This document shows, piece by piece, positions 1-8,859 of a stretch of DNA of 32,000 bases. The DNA lies in contig NC_014833.1 in the NCBI RefSeq assembly GCF_000179635.2, forward strand, positions 2,820,001 through 2,852,000, written 5' to 3'. The position numbers and the translations under genes were made by a program. This stretch comes from Ruminococcus albus 7 = DSM 20455. Lineage in GTDB: Bacteria; Bacillota; Clostridia; Oscillospirales; Ruminococcaceae. Every line of letters starts with the position of its first letter. Within the stretch, counting starts at the first letter, position 1. The notes below the pieces were generated by a model. The model saw nothing but the letters and a program-made list of their open reading frames with translations. It had not been told where the DNA came from and searched no databases.

Positions 1-698
1 TGTCAGCTATTTCATATAATGATACTGATGCTATTGTAGATGAGAAAATCAAGATTGTATCAAAATATCTGACGAAAGTGCTCTCGTGGCGTGTATGGAG
101 ACACACAAGTATAGCTCAGAGTTCTATGGAGGATAAGATTTACAAACTTTGCAAACAGCTCCGAGGAAAGAATATCGATGAAATTAAAGAAATTCTTGCA
201 ACTGAACCTATCGAAATCCCCGAACTTAGTACTCCGCCAACTCTTAACATGATGAATAAACCTAAGATCAGAGTGCTGTTATCGCTTATTACAGAAATAG
301 TAGCAAGAGAATCAAATGAGTCTGATTATATGCTGAACAAGGAGAATATCGAGGTTGAGCATATATGGGCAGACCATTATGAATGGTTCAGTGAAATATT
401 CCCTAATGAGGCTGACTTTAATACATATAGAAATAATATCGGTGGTCTGCTTGTACTACCAAAAAGCTTCAACGCTTCGTATGGCGATATGAAATACAAA
501 GATAAGGTAGAGTTGTATTTCAGCCAAAACATTCTTGCTCAGTCATTGTGTGAAAAGAAATATACTAACAGCCCTGGTTTCAAGAACTTCATAGAGAAAA
601 GTAACCTTGATATACACTCGTATGACGATTACACTCGTGATTCTATTACAGAACGAGCAGAATTATATAGGCAGATATTACTGTGGAATTGGAAATAA
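1..698 (+). CDS. DUF1524 / GmrSD-family (type IV restriction-like) protein, C-terminal part; 5' end lies outside the window
   Basis: The frame of ORF 78..698 stays open back to the window edge (no stop from nt 3). His-Me-finger-like motifs IEVEHIWA and NNIGGLLVLPKSFNASYGD are typical of DUF1524. Confidence 0.6.
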   Translation, partial: SAISYNDTDAIVDEKIKIVSKYLTKVLSWRVWRHTSIAQSSMEDKIYKLCKQLRGKNIDEIKEILATEPIEIPELSTPPTLNMMNKPKIRVLLSLITEIVARESNESDYMLNKENIEVEHIWADHYEWFSEIFPNEADFNTYRNNIGGLLVLPKSFNASYGDMKYKDKVELYFSQNILAQSLCEKKYTNSPGFKNFIEKSNLDIHSYDDYTRDSITERAELYRQILLWNWK

Positions 699-736
699 GC
701 TATAAGTTGTCTGCTTATTCAGCAACAATAAAATAG

Positions 737-763
737 CCCTGCATTGTCACAAAACAAGCAGGG
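737..763 (-). terminator. Possible intrinsic terminator for leftward (int) transcripts
   Basis: Stem ccctgc/gcaggg (737-742 / 758-763). Read on the minus strand it is followed by a T-rich tract (ctattttattgtt). Confidence 0.3.
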
Positions 764-826
764 TAACTAACACACAACTAACAAAACAGCCTCAAAACAA
801 CGCAATAGCGTAATTGCACTTTATCT

Positions 827-839
827 AAGAGATAATCAG
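827..839. repeat. 13-bp direct repeat AAGAGATAATCAG, candidate attL core of the integrative element
   Basis: An exact second copy lies at 15522-15534. Both copies sit just outside clusters of GGTCAA repeats that bracket the int...HTH backbone. Confidence 0.35.
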
Positions 840-851
840 ACACCTCAAAAC

Positions 852-866
852 TTGCGTATTTACGCA
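852..866. promoter_or_regulatory. Palindromic operator-like site TTGCGTA-TT-TACGCA (copy 1 of 3)
   Basis: 6-7-bp inverted arms with a 2-nt spacer. The same site occurs at 6584-6599 and a variant (GCCGTATTTACGGC) at 15428-15441. Copies 1 and 3 are both preceded by CTCAA..AAAAC. Confidence 0.4.
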
Positions 867-875
867 CTTTGCGAG

Positions 876-915
876 TGGTCAAATGCTCTTTGGTCAACTA
901 TTGGTCAAATGGTCA
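876..915 (+). repeat. Four direct copies of TGGTCA(A), candidate recombinase arm sites or iterons
   Basis: TGGTCAA at 876, 891 and 902, and TGGTCA at 910. A matching cluster in the same orientation lies at 15330-15365. Confidence 0.5.
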
Positions 916-948
916 CCTCCCTGTTCGCGCAGGGAGGTTTTTATTTGC
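915..948 (+). terminator. Hairpin plus T-tract in plus orientation, immediately outside the int stop codon
   Basis: Stem acctccctg / cagggaggt (915-923 / 930-938), loop ttcgcg, then ttttatttg. It has intrinsic-terminator shape only on the plus strand, so it would block read-in antisense to int. Confidence 0.4.
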
Positions 949-950
949 CT

Positions 951-2135
951 TTACGCAAGGCACAGCTCGATCTGCTCGGCAGTTCGGGCTTTTGTTTTTC
1001 GCAGAACATCGGCATAGATGTCAGCGGTGACGTTCACATCACAGTGACCGAGATGCTCGGACACAACTTTCAGGTCGATACCGCTGTTCAGGAGCATTGT
1101 TGCGTTGCAGTGACGGAGCTGATGCAGTGTCATATCCTCGAATTCCGTTCCTTTGGTGAAGCGTTTGAGGGACTGATATACCGAATTGCGGTCACGGTAG
1201 TTCCCTCTTGCAGACACGAATACCATTTCAGGGTGAGCGAAATCATCACCGAGGGCGAGTTTCAGCTTCTCGATGTAGTCCTTCTGAGCGAGAAGGACTT
1301 TTTTCAGCTCCTGTCCCATACCGATGATGCGGATACTGCTCTCGGTCTTAGGATCGGTCAGTTCGTGCTTTCCGCCTATATCGGTCAGCGTATGGTTTAT
1401 GGAGATAGTGTTGTTCTCGAAGTCAATGTCCTCCCACGCAAGTCCGAGACACTCACCCGAACGCATACCCGTGTACAGCAGCACCTTTATGATACGCTTG
1501 AAATCCTCGTCCCACGGCTTGCTTTCAAGGTAAGCCATGAACCTTTTGAGCTTGTCCTCCTCCAAAGCCTTATTCTTGCGGCTTTTCTTCCGCTTTGGCA
1601 GTACCACGTTACGGCAGGGAGTATCACGGATAAAGCCCTGCTCTGCTCCTCTGCGGAAGATGCTCTGTACAATGACGTACAGCTTCTTGACAGTCGCAGG
1701 GTTCAGGTCATAGGACTGCATTATCTGCGTCAGCCTGGGAGCGTTGATGTCCTTGACTTTTATGTTACCGAGAACAGGCTCGATGTGGTTTTTGTACTGC
1801 CCCCAATAGGTGTAGACGGTACTCTCTTTCAGCTCCTGGGGAGCGTAGTTTGTGAAATACCAGTCGGCAAGCTCGGAAAAACGCATATTCTCGTTGAGCA
1901 GAGAATAACCCTTGCAGTGTCTCTCGAACTCAAAAGCGTACTCCTGAGCCAGCTTCTCGGCTTTCTTTTCAGTCACCCCGACAGGCGGAGTGAAAGTGGT
2001 CGATTTTACAAGCTGTTTGCCGTTCATATCGCAGCCGACAAACACCCTGATACGGAATGTGTTTCCACGTTTTGTTATATTAGCCAATGTAAATCCCTCC
2101 AAATTTACACTATGGCATATCTCTGTATTTAGCAT
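951..2135 (-). CDS. int: Tyrosine site-specific integrase (Tn916-Int-like)
   Basis: 394 aa. The N-terminal KRGNTFRIRV arm-binding-type region and the C-terminal HQLRHCNAT...LGHCDVNVTADIYADV give the R..HxxR..H..Y catalytic signature. Confidence 0.9.
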   Translation of the reverse strand: MLNTEICHSVNLEGFTLANITKRGNTFRIRVFVGCDMNGKQLVKSTTFTPPVGVTEKKAEKLAQEYAFEFERHCKGYSLLNENMRFSELADWYFTNYAPQELKESTVYTYWGQYKNHIEPVLGNIKVKDINAPRLTQIMQSYDLNPATVKKLYVIVQSIFRRGAEQGFIRDTPCRNVVLPKRKKSRKNKALEEDKLKRFMAYLESKPWDEDFKRIIKVLLYTGMRSGECLGLAWEDIDFENNTISINHTLTDIGGKHELTDPKTESSIRIIGMGQELKKVLLAQKDYIEKLKLALGDDFAHPEMVFVSARGNYRDRNSVYQSLKRFTKGTEFEDMTLHQLRHCNATMLLNSGIDLKVVSEHLGHCDVNVTADIYADVLRKTKARTAEQIELCLA

Positions 2136-2196
2136 TGTAGCGCACTATTCTCTCTTTGTCAAGCGCTTTCGGAGATATGCCATAGCTTTTCGTCTT

Positions 2197-3393
2197 TTAT
2201 TCTAACTCTGTGCTTCTTGTTTTGTTATACCTGTACCGGGCAAAATCCTCCGACAGTCCGCAGGCGGTTATGAAAGCCCTTGCCTTTTGCAGGTCACGGG
2301 TGAGCTGTTCCTCACGCTTGATACGCTGAGCTTCGGCATTCTGCTTTTCACGGGAGAAATAACGCTTGTTTTCTTCCTTTTTCTTGTACTCAGAAAGCTC
2401 CGATGAGACTGCTGCCAGCTGCGTTTTCAGCTTGTCACGCTCCTGAACAGCTTCATCACGTTCCTTGCGGAGCTTCTTGGTCTGCTTCTGAGATGCTACT
2501 TCTTTCTTTGCAAGGTCGGACACGTTCTCCCAGTCCTCCTGAGAAACCGTCACCTTACCGCCGAACACGGTCTTGCCGGTCTCCACGCTGTCTATCTCTG
2601 CCAGCTTCACCTTTTTCCTGGACACCTTTTCAAACTCGGCAACAGCTTCGTCACGCTCGGCGGTGAGCCTTTCAATCTCGGCATTGAGAGCATTAATCCT
2701 GTCCTGATGCTCGCCGTACTCCTCGACCGTGTAGCTGTAACCCCTGGACTTTTTCGGTTCGCTGATCTCAATATCGTGAGCGTTGCAGATATTCTTTAAA
2801 ACATCCCACTCGGCAAGTCTCCAACGGTTGTTCGCCTTAGCATCTTTTCCGAAGTTCATTTCTTCAAGGGCTTTGTTCTTTGCGTTGCGGACTTCAAGAC
2901 CGTTTTTGAAATGCCCTACGGGGATATAGTCGATGTGCAGATGCGGAGTTGATTCATCGAGGTGCATAACGGCATTGAAAACATAGAAATTAGGGTTTCT
3001 CTCCTGAAAGCCCTCCATGTATTCACGCAGACACTCTTTCGTTATCTCAGCATCGGGAGTGCCGATGCCCGAATCCTTTTTTGTTCCGATGTAAACAAGA
3101 TGTTCGTAGAAACACTTCTGCTTGTTTGCGTTGACAATAAAACTCTTGCCGGGCGGACGATTGAACAGATGCTCGAAGTAGTCACCGATCTTGCGATCCT
3201 TTCTTTTCTGACGGGCGTTATACTTCTCGACTGCTTCATCAAAAAGCTGGTGATAGGCTTCTCCCAATTCCTGCTGAACGAACACTATGTTGTTCGGCGT
3301 TCTGGAGCTGTCGATATTCTTGGCAGTAAACTCTCTGTTGTTATGTGAAAGGCTGCCTTTTCCCTCACACATAGAGATAGATTTTTCACTCAT
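2197..3393 (-). CDS. mob: MobV-family (Mob_Pre) relaxase / plasmid recombination enzyme
   Basis: 398 aa. It carries the signature HLDESTPHLHIDYIPV (HxDE..PHxH) and a coiled-coil, charged C-terminus. RBS AGAGGAGA lies 7 nt upstream of the ATG at 3393. Confidence 0.85.
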   Translation of the reverse strand: MSEKSISMCEGKGSLSHNNREFTAKNIDSSRTPNNIVFVQQELGEAYHQLFDEAVEKYNARQKRKDRKIGDYFEHLFNRPPGKSFIVNANKQKCFYEHLVYIGTKKDSGIGTPDAEITKECLREYMEGFQERNPNFYVFNAVMHLDESTPHLHIDYIPVGHFKNGLEVRNAKNKALEEMNFGKDAKANNRWRLAEWDVLKNICNAHDIEISEPKKSRGYSYTVEEYGEHQDRINALNAEIERLTAERDEAVAEFEKVSRKKVKLAEIDSVETGKTVFGGKVTVSQEDWENVSDLAKKEVASQKQTKKLRKERDEAVQERDKLKTQLAAVSSELSEYKKKEENKRYFSREKQNAEAQRIKREEQLTRDLQKARAFITACGLSEDFARYRYNKTRSTELE

Positions 3394-3536
3394 AAAAATG
3401 TCTCCTCTTTATATTTTTATTGAACCCTCTGACGAGGGAAAACAGGTACGCAAAAGGCTTGATGCCTTTGCTATACGAGCGCCCTTGATGGGCTTTGATT
3501 GGCTTGCAACGATACAGTGGTGATCGGCAAACCAAA

Positions 3537-3630
3537 CAGCGCGGAGCGCTGAGATTTACTTGCGGTGCGCCGCCAGTAACCCCAAATCACTTTTGACAGC
3601 CTATACAGTCCATCAAAAATGATATTGGGG
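3537..3630. promoter_or_regulatory. Candidate oriT / structured region upstream of mob
   Basis: Lies in the 369-bp non-coding gap between the CHC2 gene and mob. Contains the palindrome CAGCGC-GGA-GCGCTG (3537-3551) and an imperfect IR CCCCAAATCACTTTT (3580-3594) / AAAAATGATATTGGGG (3615-3630). Confidence 0.3.
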
Positions 3631-3762
3631 CTCTGCGAGGCTTTTATCGGCTGACGGAGCAGCCGAAATTGTGGGTACGGTTATTCAAAATCGCACCCAT
3701 GAGAGTTGCGAAAAAACGCATTACAATTTTGAAGAAATACCATATCGGAAACGATGTTTTTT

Positions 3763-4350
3763 TCAAAAATCAGCACTCATATTTTTCTGAAAATCTGCTA
3801 TCTGATTTACGATATTTTTCATGGAAAGCCGACCTGCTTTATTGAAGTTTATGAACTCCCAGCAGAGGTACTCCGCATAGTCCAAATGATGCAGGGAATA
3901 CACAAATCTTTCGTCAGGAATTTCATCGGGTGACGCAGGAGCAAATTCTCTCCATTCACGCATCAGCCACAGGTAATCGTTAAGTGTCCGCCAAGCGGAC
4001 TTTTCCCATTCTTCATAGGCTCGTTTTTCCTGAACACGCTTCTGATATTCGGACACTTCTTTCGCAGCCGGAGCTTTACCGATCTCGATATTCAGACCGA
4101 AGTCCTCATTCAGCTTTTTTACTGCATCAATGGGCTTATCGAGCCCGAACATTTTCTGTGTGAATCCGATAACATCAACGTGTGTTCCGCAGCCGAAGCA
4201 ATGCAGAGCATCGGGATAGATTTTTGCAGAGGGAGTACGCTCATTGTGAAAGGGACAAAGTGCCATACCGCCACGGGATATTTCAAGACCATATCCCTCC
4301 GCCACTGTTCTCATATCAATAGCAGATTTTACTTGCTCGAATACGGTCAC
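3763..4350 (-). CDS. CHC2 zinc-finger, DNA-primase-like protein
   Basis: CPFHNERTPSAKIYPDALHCFGCG is a CHC2 zinc finger. I chose the GTG start at 4350 (VTVFEQVKSAIDMRTV), which sits 2 nt after the stop of the upstream 72-aa ORF. The longer ORF-track start at 4428 overlaps that ORF. Confidence 0.75.
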   Translation of the reverse strand: MTVFEQVKSAIDMRTVAEGYGLEISRGGMALCPFHNERTPSAKIYPDALHCFGCGTHVDVIGFTQKMFGLDKPIDAVKKLNEDFGLNIEIGKAPAAKEVSEYQKRVQEKRAYEEWEKSAWRTLNDYLWLMREWREFAPASPDEIPDERFVYSLHHLDYAEYLCWEFINFNKAGRLSMKNIVNQIADFQKNMSADF

Positions 4351-4352
4351 GC

Positions 4353-4571
4353 TCAGAACGGGATAGAGTTGAAGAAGTCGAGAGCCGACTTGTAAATGTT
4401 CTGCTCCTGCTCGGTCAGGAAATGACACGGATCGCAGTCCTTGTTATCGGCAGCATAGAAGCCACGATAAAACAGAGTGTGGAGCATCTTGTAGTAAAGC
4501 TCCTCCTGCTCGGCATCATCGAAAGTATGGATACCATTGTTGCGGATATCGTTCTCGTTGTATTCGCACAT
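4353..4571 (-). CDS. Hypothetical 72-aa protein in the replication/mobilisation operon
   Basis: SD-like GAGGGGGGG precedes the ATG at 4571. It is tightly packed between the HTH gene and the CHC2 gene. No motif recognised. Confidence 0.5.
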   Translation of the reverse strand: MCEYNENDIRNNGIHTFDDAEQEELYYKMLHTLFYRGFYAADNKDCDPCHFLTEQEQNIYKSALDFFNSIPF

Positions 4572-4585
4572 ATTATCCCCCCCTC

Positions 4586-4876
4586 TCAGTTCTGAAAATA
4601 GTTCAGCAGGTCAGCCTTATTGACAAGAATCTTGCCACGGACACCCTCGCCTGTGCGGATATACTTGATCTTATTCTGAGCAACGAGCATACGCACGGTG
4701 TGTTCGGAAAGCCCCTCGATAAGCTCTGTACACTCCTTCACGGTGAGCATCTTCACCTTTTCAGTCTTTTTCTCGGTGGGCGCAGGAGCGTTCTCAACAG
4801 GTTCATCGTAGGCGATAGCAGTCATAAGCTCCAGTATCTGGTTCAGCATTGTCTCTTTCTGTTCTCTTGTAAGCAT
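4586..4876 (-). CDS. Excisionase-family helix-turn-helix DNA-binding protein (96 aa)
   Basis: Internal ATG at 4876 with a GAGG RBS. The C-terminal MLTVKECTELIEGLSEHTVRMLVAQNKIKYIRTGEGVRGKILVNK is the MerR/excisionase-type HTH. The long 185-aa ORF version overlaps the DUF3987 gene and was rejected. Confidence 0.8.
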   Translation of the reverse strand: MLTREQKETMLNQILELMTAIAYDEPVENAPAPTEKKTEKVKMLTVKECTELIEGLSEHTVRMLVAQNKIKYIRTGEGVRGKILVNKADLLNYFQN

Positions 4877-4976
4877 AATAAATACCTCATCTTTCTCTTT
4901 TCTCTGAGTTGTATTTTTGTGTACTATCAGCATTTTCAGCACGATCAAGTCCGAAAATGCTGATAATGTCGATCGT

Positions 4977-6611
4977 TCATATGTTGGGGTTGATAAAAAC
5001 CATGACCCCGCTTTTGTTGTTCCCATTCGCTCCCTGCACTTTCTCACGGCGGAGGTAGTTGTATTCCTCCAGCATATCCATTGTCTCAGCGAAGTCGGCT
5101 GCGTTCTTGAAAAGCGTACATCGGCAGAGCTTGTAAAGGTCATTCTGTCTGATGTTGGTTATGTGCTTGGAGCGTATCTTGTTGAGTACCCTCTCAGCTT
5201 TAATAGTGCCGAGATCAACGTCACCGAGACTGTAAGCGTAGATAGCCTGTTCACGGAAATACTCGCCTATCTCAACAGCGTTGCAGAACGTATCCAACGT
5301 AACACGGTTCTCTACGGGGTTTACGCCGTTCAATGCACACTTGATACAGTGAATGATACCGCATAGGCGGAGCAGTTCGCCGTGGTACTTACCGCCCCAG
5401 TCCTTGCAGAAAGCCATATCCGTGACAAGGTGCGGCTCGATAAAGTTGTTGTAATAGTCAACGAACTCTCCGTATGCCTTTGCATCGAAATGCAGATAAA
5501 GCTCTTTCTCGTCATGGTAGGTGAACTTAGCTCCGAGGAGCTTGTACACAAGGTTCTTGTAATTCTCAGCGACTTGCTCAGGCACAGCCTGCGTATCATA
5601 CTTTCGTGAACCGATGTTGCTGACAGGAAAACAATACATGAACCTTGCTATCAGACCGCTGCCACGAAACACAGGATTGTTTATCATACCGTCGAACACA
5701 TAAGGCTGACAGGCAAGGCAGATGCTCATGTAGGGCTTTTTCAGCACAATGCTCGCTCTGGTAGCTCGGTCGCTGATGTAGGTCTCGCCGTTCCATGATT
5801 TCAGCAGGAGATCAAGGTTAGGTACGTTGTTGCTGTAACGTCCGCTGAAATTACCGAGCATTCCGGCTTCGTCGGATATCATAAGCAGTGTGCCGTTCTC
5901 TTCGAGCAGGTTCACAAGGGATTCGGGTGTCACATCGTCCACCGCTATCCTGCGGAAGTTGCTCGCAGGGATATTGCTTATCTCCGTCTGGAGCTTGGCT
6001 ATCTCCTCAGCTGTCACATCTTTCTTCTTTTCAAGGGCTTCCAGCTTGCTCAACAGGAGCTTGCGTTCTGCCTGAGATTGAAAGATATCCTGCTTGTTGT
6101 TCTCATTCCAGTCGTGTGCAAACTGAATGTACGGACGCTTTATAAGCGACATTACAGGTGACTTCTTGAAGCTCGGCTCTGCTATGGTCAGCGTGTCAAG
6201 CACCAGAGGTTCGGTGTGGTCACGCTTGGCGGACATACGGTAAACTCCTGAAAAGCAGTAGCTCACCGCAGAGAGTATCGAAGTCCCTGCCATTGCAACG
6301 TCCGTTGATGTGGTAGTCGCTATTGCCTGCGCCATGTCTCCTATAATAGGTGGCAAAGCGTTCACAGGGAACGGCAGGAGGTTTGTCCCGTCGGGACGGA
6401 GTGGTGTGGGTTTTGCCCATTGTGTTACATTGTCCAATGAATTATCATCGTCCTTTCTGATATGATCTATAAAAGCACTTTTATGTGTATAGCGGTCAAC
6501 ATCGTCATGTTGTTCCGCTGTCAGATGTCTTTCGCATCTGACATGAACATTGTAACATTTCTTTCGGAGTGCTTGTGCGTGCATTGCGTATTTACGCAAA
6601 AGAATACGCAT
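4977..6611 (-). CDS. DUF3987 (YfjI-like) protein, replication/primase-associated protein of mobile elements
   Basis: 544 aa. The N-terminal LPFPVNALPPIIGDMAQAIATTTSTDVAMAGTSILSAVS matches the DUF3987 pattern as I remember it. The start codon is uncertain (ATG 6611 or 6584; neither has a clear SD). Confidence 0.7.
   Translation of the reverse strand: MRILLRKYAMHAQALRKKCYNVHVRCERHLTAEQHDDVDRYTHKSAFIDHIRKDDDNSLDNVTQWAKPTPLRPDGTNLLPFPVNALPPIIGDMAQAIATTTSTDVAMAGTSILSAVSYCFSGVYRMSAKRDHTEPLVLDTLTIAEPSFKKSPVMSLIKRPYIQFAHDWNENNKQDIFQSQAERKLLLSKLEALEKKKDVTAEEIAKLQTEISNIPASNFRRIAVDDVTPESLVNLLEENGTLLMISDEAGMLGNFSGRYSNNVPNLDLLLKSWNGETYISDRATRASIVLKKPYMSICLACQPYVFDGMINNPVFRGSGLIARFMYCFPVSNIGSRKYDTQAVPEQVAENYKNLVYKLLGAKFTYHDEKELYLHFDAKAYGEFVDYYNNFIEPHLVTDMAFCKDWGGKYHGELLRLCGIIHCIKCALNGVNPVENRVTLDTFCNAVEIGEYFREQAIYAYSLGDVDLGTIKAERVLNKIRSKHITNIRQNDLYKLCRCTLFKNAADFAETMDMLEEYNYLRREKVQGANGNNKSGVMVFINPNI
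6584..6599. promoter_or_regulatory. Palindromic operator-like site TTGCGTA-TT-TACGCAA (copy 2 of 3)
   Basis: Perfect 7-bp arms. It lies at the 5' end of the DUF3987 gene, in the divergent control region shared with gene 6717..7736. Confidence 0.4.
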
Positions 6612-6657
6612 AAAATTTTAGAATACGAATACAATCACGCTATAATACGCATTATAA

Positions 6658-6686
6658 TTGACAGTTTGCGTGTGATGTGCTATAAT
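6658..6686 (+). promoter_or_regulatory. Consensus sigma-A-type promoter for gene 6717..7736
   Basis: TTGACA (6658-6663), a 17-nt spacer ending in TGc, then TATAAT (6681-6686). RBS GAGGAG follows before the ATG at 6717. Confidence 0.6.
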
Positions 6687-6716
6687 GGAAGAAGATACTG
6701 AAAGCGAGGAGAGCGT

Positions 6717-7736
6717 ATGGGAACTACGACAATTTACCGTATAAACGAAACAGACCGCACGATAAATATCGCACAGTCTGTTAATGATACCGATGAAAGT
6801 GTTCATGGAGCTGTTCTGAATACAAGAACGTTCACCTTTGACGAGCTGATGAATCAGCATAAGGTTTTCTGCGAGCATACCGAGCCGTATGATGCGTTCA
6901 GGGACAGGCTCAACAGTGCCTTGCGTATTGACAGGAGCATTGATGTCAGCACCGATGATATGATTGCAAGGTTCATAGCCGAGTATGGGGAAAACATATT
7001 CTTCCGAGGATATGTGACCTCGGTCATTGAGTTTTATGATAAGGAACGGTATGTCCTGCTGAAACCGAATGACGTAGTTATCGCCAAGCTCAACAGAAGA
7101 AAGATACAGGATGAAGTTGCCCGAAAGCTCATGGACTACATGGATACGCATTTTACGCTTATGAGCAGTAATGCGTATTTCAACTGTAAGGCTAATATGG
7201 AGCATTTTATGATACAGCCTGGGCGGACGATTATTGCCGCCGACGAATACACTTATAATGTATTCCGTGAAAGCGATAACTGCCTGCTGACTATCCTTGC
7301 GGAGATCGGGCAGCTCGTTCATCATAATAAATGGACGGTCAGCGAGTGTGGCTTCTGTCACAAGCTGTTTCTCGGAACGGAAGGCGAGGTCTGCTGTCAC
7401 TCTGCTGAATGCATCGAAGCACAGAAACAGCAGAAAGAGGCTATTTACAAGGAGAATACCAAGGAATACTCTGCCGTCAAACGTGATTATGATGCCTTTG
7501 TTCGCAGATATAAGAAAACACTTGTAGAAGCAGGCATTCAAAAGTATCACCCTGCTGAGTTTGACGAGTTTATGCAGGCGAAGCAGGAGCGTATGGACGA
7601 TATGGACAAACTCAAAAAACGTCTGATACGGAACGGTCTGCCGACTAAGGAACTTATTGATCTTGGGGCAAAGTATAAGGCGGAGATAAAGGCGTTGGCT
7701 GATGAGTTAGTTGAAAGGTTTGGGAGTAAGGGGTGA
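6717..7736 (+). CDS. Hypothetical 339-aa mobile-element protein with a Cys cluster (CGFCHKLF...CCHSAEC) and a charged helical C-terminus
   Basis: Strong promoter and RBS, and a clean ORF. It resembles the conserved unknown protein usually found next to DUF3987 genes in Firmicute IMEs (possibly DUF6076), but I cannot verify that. Confidence 0.6.
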   Translation: MGTTTIYRINETDRTINIAQSVNDTDESVHGAVLNTRTFTFDELMNQHKVFCEHTEPYDAFRDRLNSALRIDRSIDVSTDDMIARFIAEYGENIFFRGYVTSVIEFYDKERYVLLKPNDVVIAKLNRRKIQDEVARKLMDYMDTHFTLMSSNAYFNCKANMEHFMIQPGRTIIAADEYTYNVFRESDNCLLTILAEIGQLVHHNKWTVSECGFCHKLFLGTEGEVCCHSAECIEAQKQQKEAIYKENTKEYSAVKRDYDAFVRRYKKTLVEAGIQKYHPAEFDEFMQAKQERMDDMDKLKKRLIRNGLPTKELIDLGAKYKAEIKALADELVERFGSKG

Positions 7737-7769
7737 ACTTTGAATTTGGTGGGGTCAGAGTTATACAAA

Positions 7770-7802
7770 AACAGGAACCGCCTTAATGAGACAGTTCCTG
7801 TT
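7770..7802. terminator. Bidirectional hairpin between convergent genes
   Basis: 9-bp stem aacaggaac / gttcctgtt with a 15-nt loop, A-rich before and T-rich after. It sits between the stop at 7736 (+) and the stop at 7811 (-). Confidence 0.5.
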
Positions 7803-7810
7803 ATTATGTA

Positions 7811-8515
7811 TCATTCTATAATTCCAGAATAATTTACAGCTTCGTCGATTTTATACATAAGCATACTTGCAAACATTAATCGGCGCATACATTCTTCCTT
7901 GGTTACTACAATAGTGTTTGTATGGGCTTTCGGATTTCTTAGAGCTGACATTGCTCCTGCCAGCATAAAGCGTGTTCCATTATGGATATTTTTGCCTGTT
8001 TCTGTGCTTCTATCACATATTTCTATGAGAGGATTATCAGAAAACACTTTGTTCATGGCGTCGTAGCCATCAGGAACATTTGAATCCCCAGGTTTAACGA
8101 TAGTATATAAATTCTTAACTCTATCATTTATCTCAATAAAAGCATCTTCAGCTGCATTTGCATAATGACCATCAAGATATAGCTGTTTGGACGATTTAAT
8201 AATACGACTATGTATCATACTCCAAATATCTTTTTTCTGGTTGTCAATATCATAATTCAAAGATTTTAATATAGCAATAATCTGTCCAAATACAGACGAA
8301 TTTAAACAACCATTATAAATAAACAGCATATCTTTCAACCGAAATAATTCGCTGCTGAAATGAGGATATTCTATTGCAATATCATATGATATTTTAGATA
8401 AATCATTCTTTATTGATGTTATTTGTCCAACAGGAATCGGTATCAAATTCCAATTGTTCTGTGATCCTATTCTCTTGAGCAGGGATAAGAGATTAGTTAT
8501 TCTTTGTGTATCCAT
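7811..8515 (-). CDS. TIGR02391 (Hypoth_Ymh)-type protein with a HEPN-like Rx4H motif
   Basis: 234 aa. The C-terminal half GHYANAAEDAFIEINDRVKNL...FMLAGAMSALRNPKAHTN fits the TIGR02391 pattern. RNPKAH is encoded at 7922-7939. The gene is AT-rich. AAGGA RBS. The start lies 14 nt after the TIR gene stop. Confidence 0.7.
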   Translation of the reverse strand: MDTQRITNLLSLLKRIGSQNNWNLIPIPVGQITSIKNDLSKISYDIAIEYPHFSSELFRLKDMLFIYNGCLNSSVFGQIIAILKSLNYDIDNQKKDIWSMIHSRIIKSSKQLYLDGHYANAAEDAFIEINDRVKNLYTIVKPGDSNVPDGYDAMNKVFSDNPLIEICDRSTETGKNIHNGTRFMLAGAMSALRNPKAHTNTIVVTKEECMRRLMFASMLMYKIDEAVNYSGIIE

Positions 8516-8529
8516 AGCACGTCCTTTTG

Positions 8530-8859
8530 TTAAAACTTTATGTCATCGGCAATTGAAGCAACATTGGAGAAATGCTGATTTATTCGATTTTCTTCAAGTT
8601 CTCTTTTTCGTTTTTCTTCTAAAATAATTGCTTGCTCTTTTTTATTTGCAGTGTTTACACATAACACTAAAGTTTCTCTATGGTAATCCCTAACCTCTTC
8701 GATAGTTGTCCCGTCTAATATTATCTTATCACCATATACAGAAGCAATTCCTGGTCTGTGCATTGTTGTAAATCTTGGAGGACTATTCCAAGTTGAAATG
8801 AAGATATTTATCCATAAGCTACTTGGTCTTTTAGAAAGGCGAAATGGAATTTTATACAA
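8530..8859 (-). pseudogene. 3' fragment of the IS-disrupted TIR/SEFIR-like gene
   Basis: The frame ...LYKIPFRLSKRP... continues exactly from fragment 9883-10487 once the IS and one TSD copy are removed. The apparent ATG at 8860-8862 is supplied by the IS terminus. Confidence 0.7.

Noticed and set aside
852-2132. 426-aa plus-strand ORF covering the integrase locus
   Set aside because: It is exactly antisense to a well-supported integrase gene, starts at a TTG inside the palindromic site, and has no recognisable motifs. This is a typical shadow ORF.
4586-5143. 185-aa version of the HTH ORF and the 221-aa version of the CHC2 ORF (to 4428)
   Set aside because: The N-terminal extensions overlap the 3' ends of the upstream genes and look non-protein-like. 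Internal starts (ATG 4876 with an RBS; GTG 4350 right after the upstream stop) give compact operon packing and family-typical N-termini.
6618-7550. 310-aa minus-strand ORF opposite gene 6717..7736
   Set aside because: The plus-strand gene has a consensus promoter and RBS and a plausible protein composition. The antisense ORF has neither and would run through the divergent promoter region.
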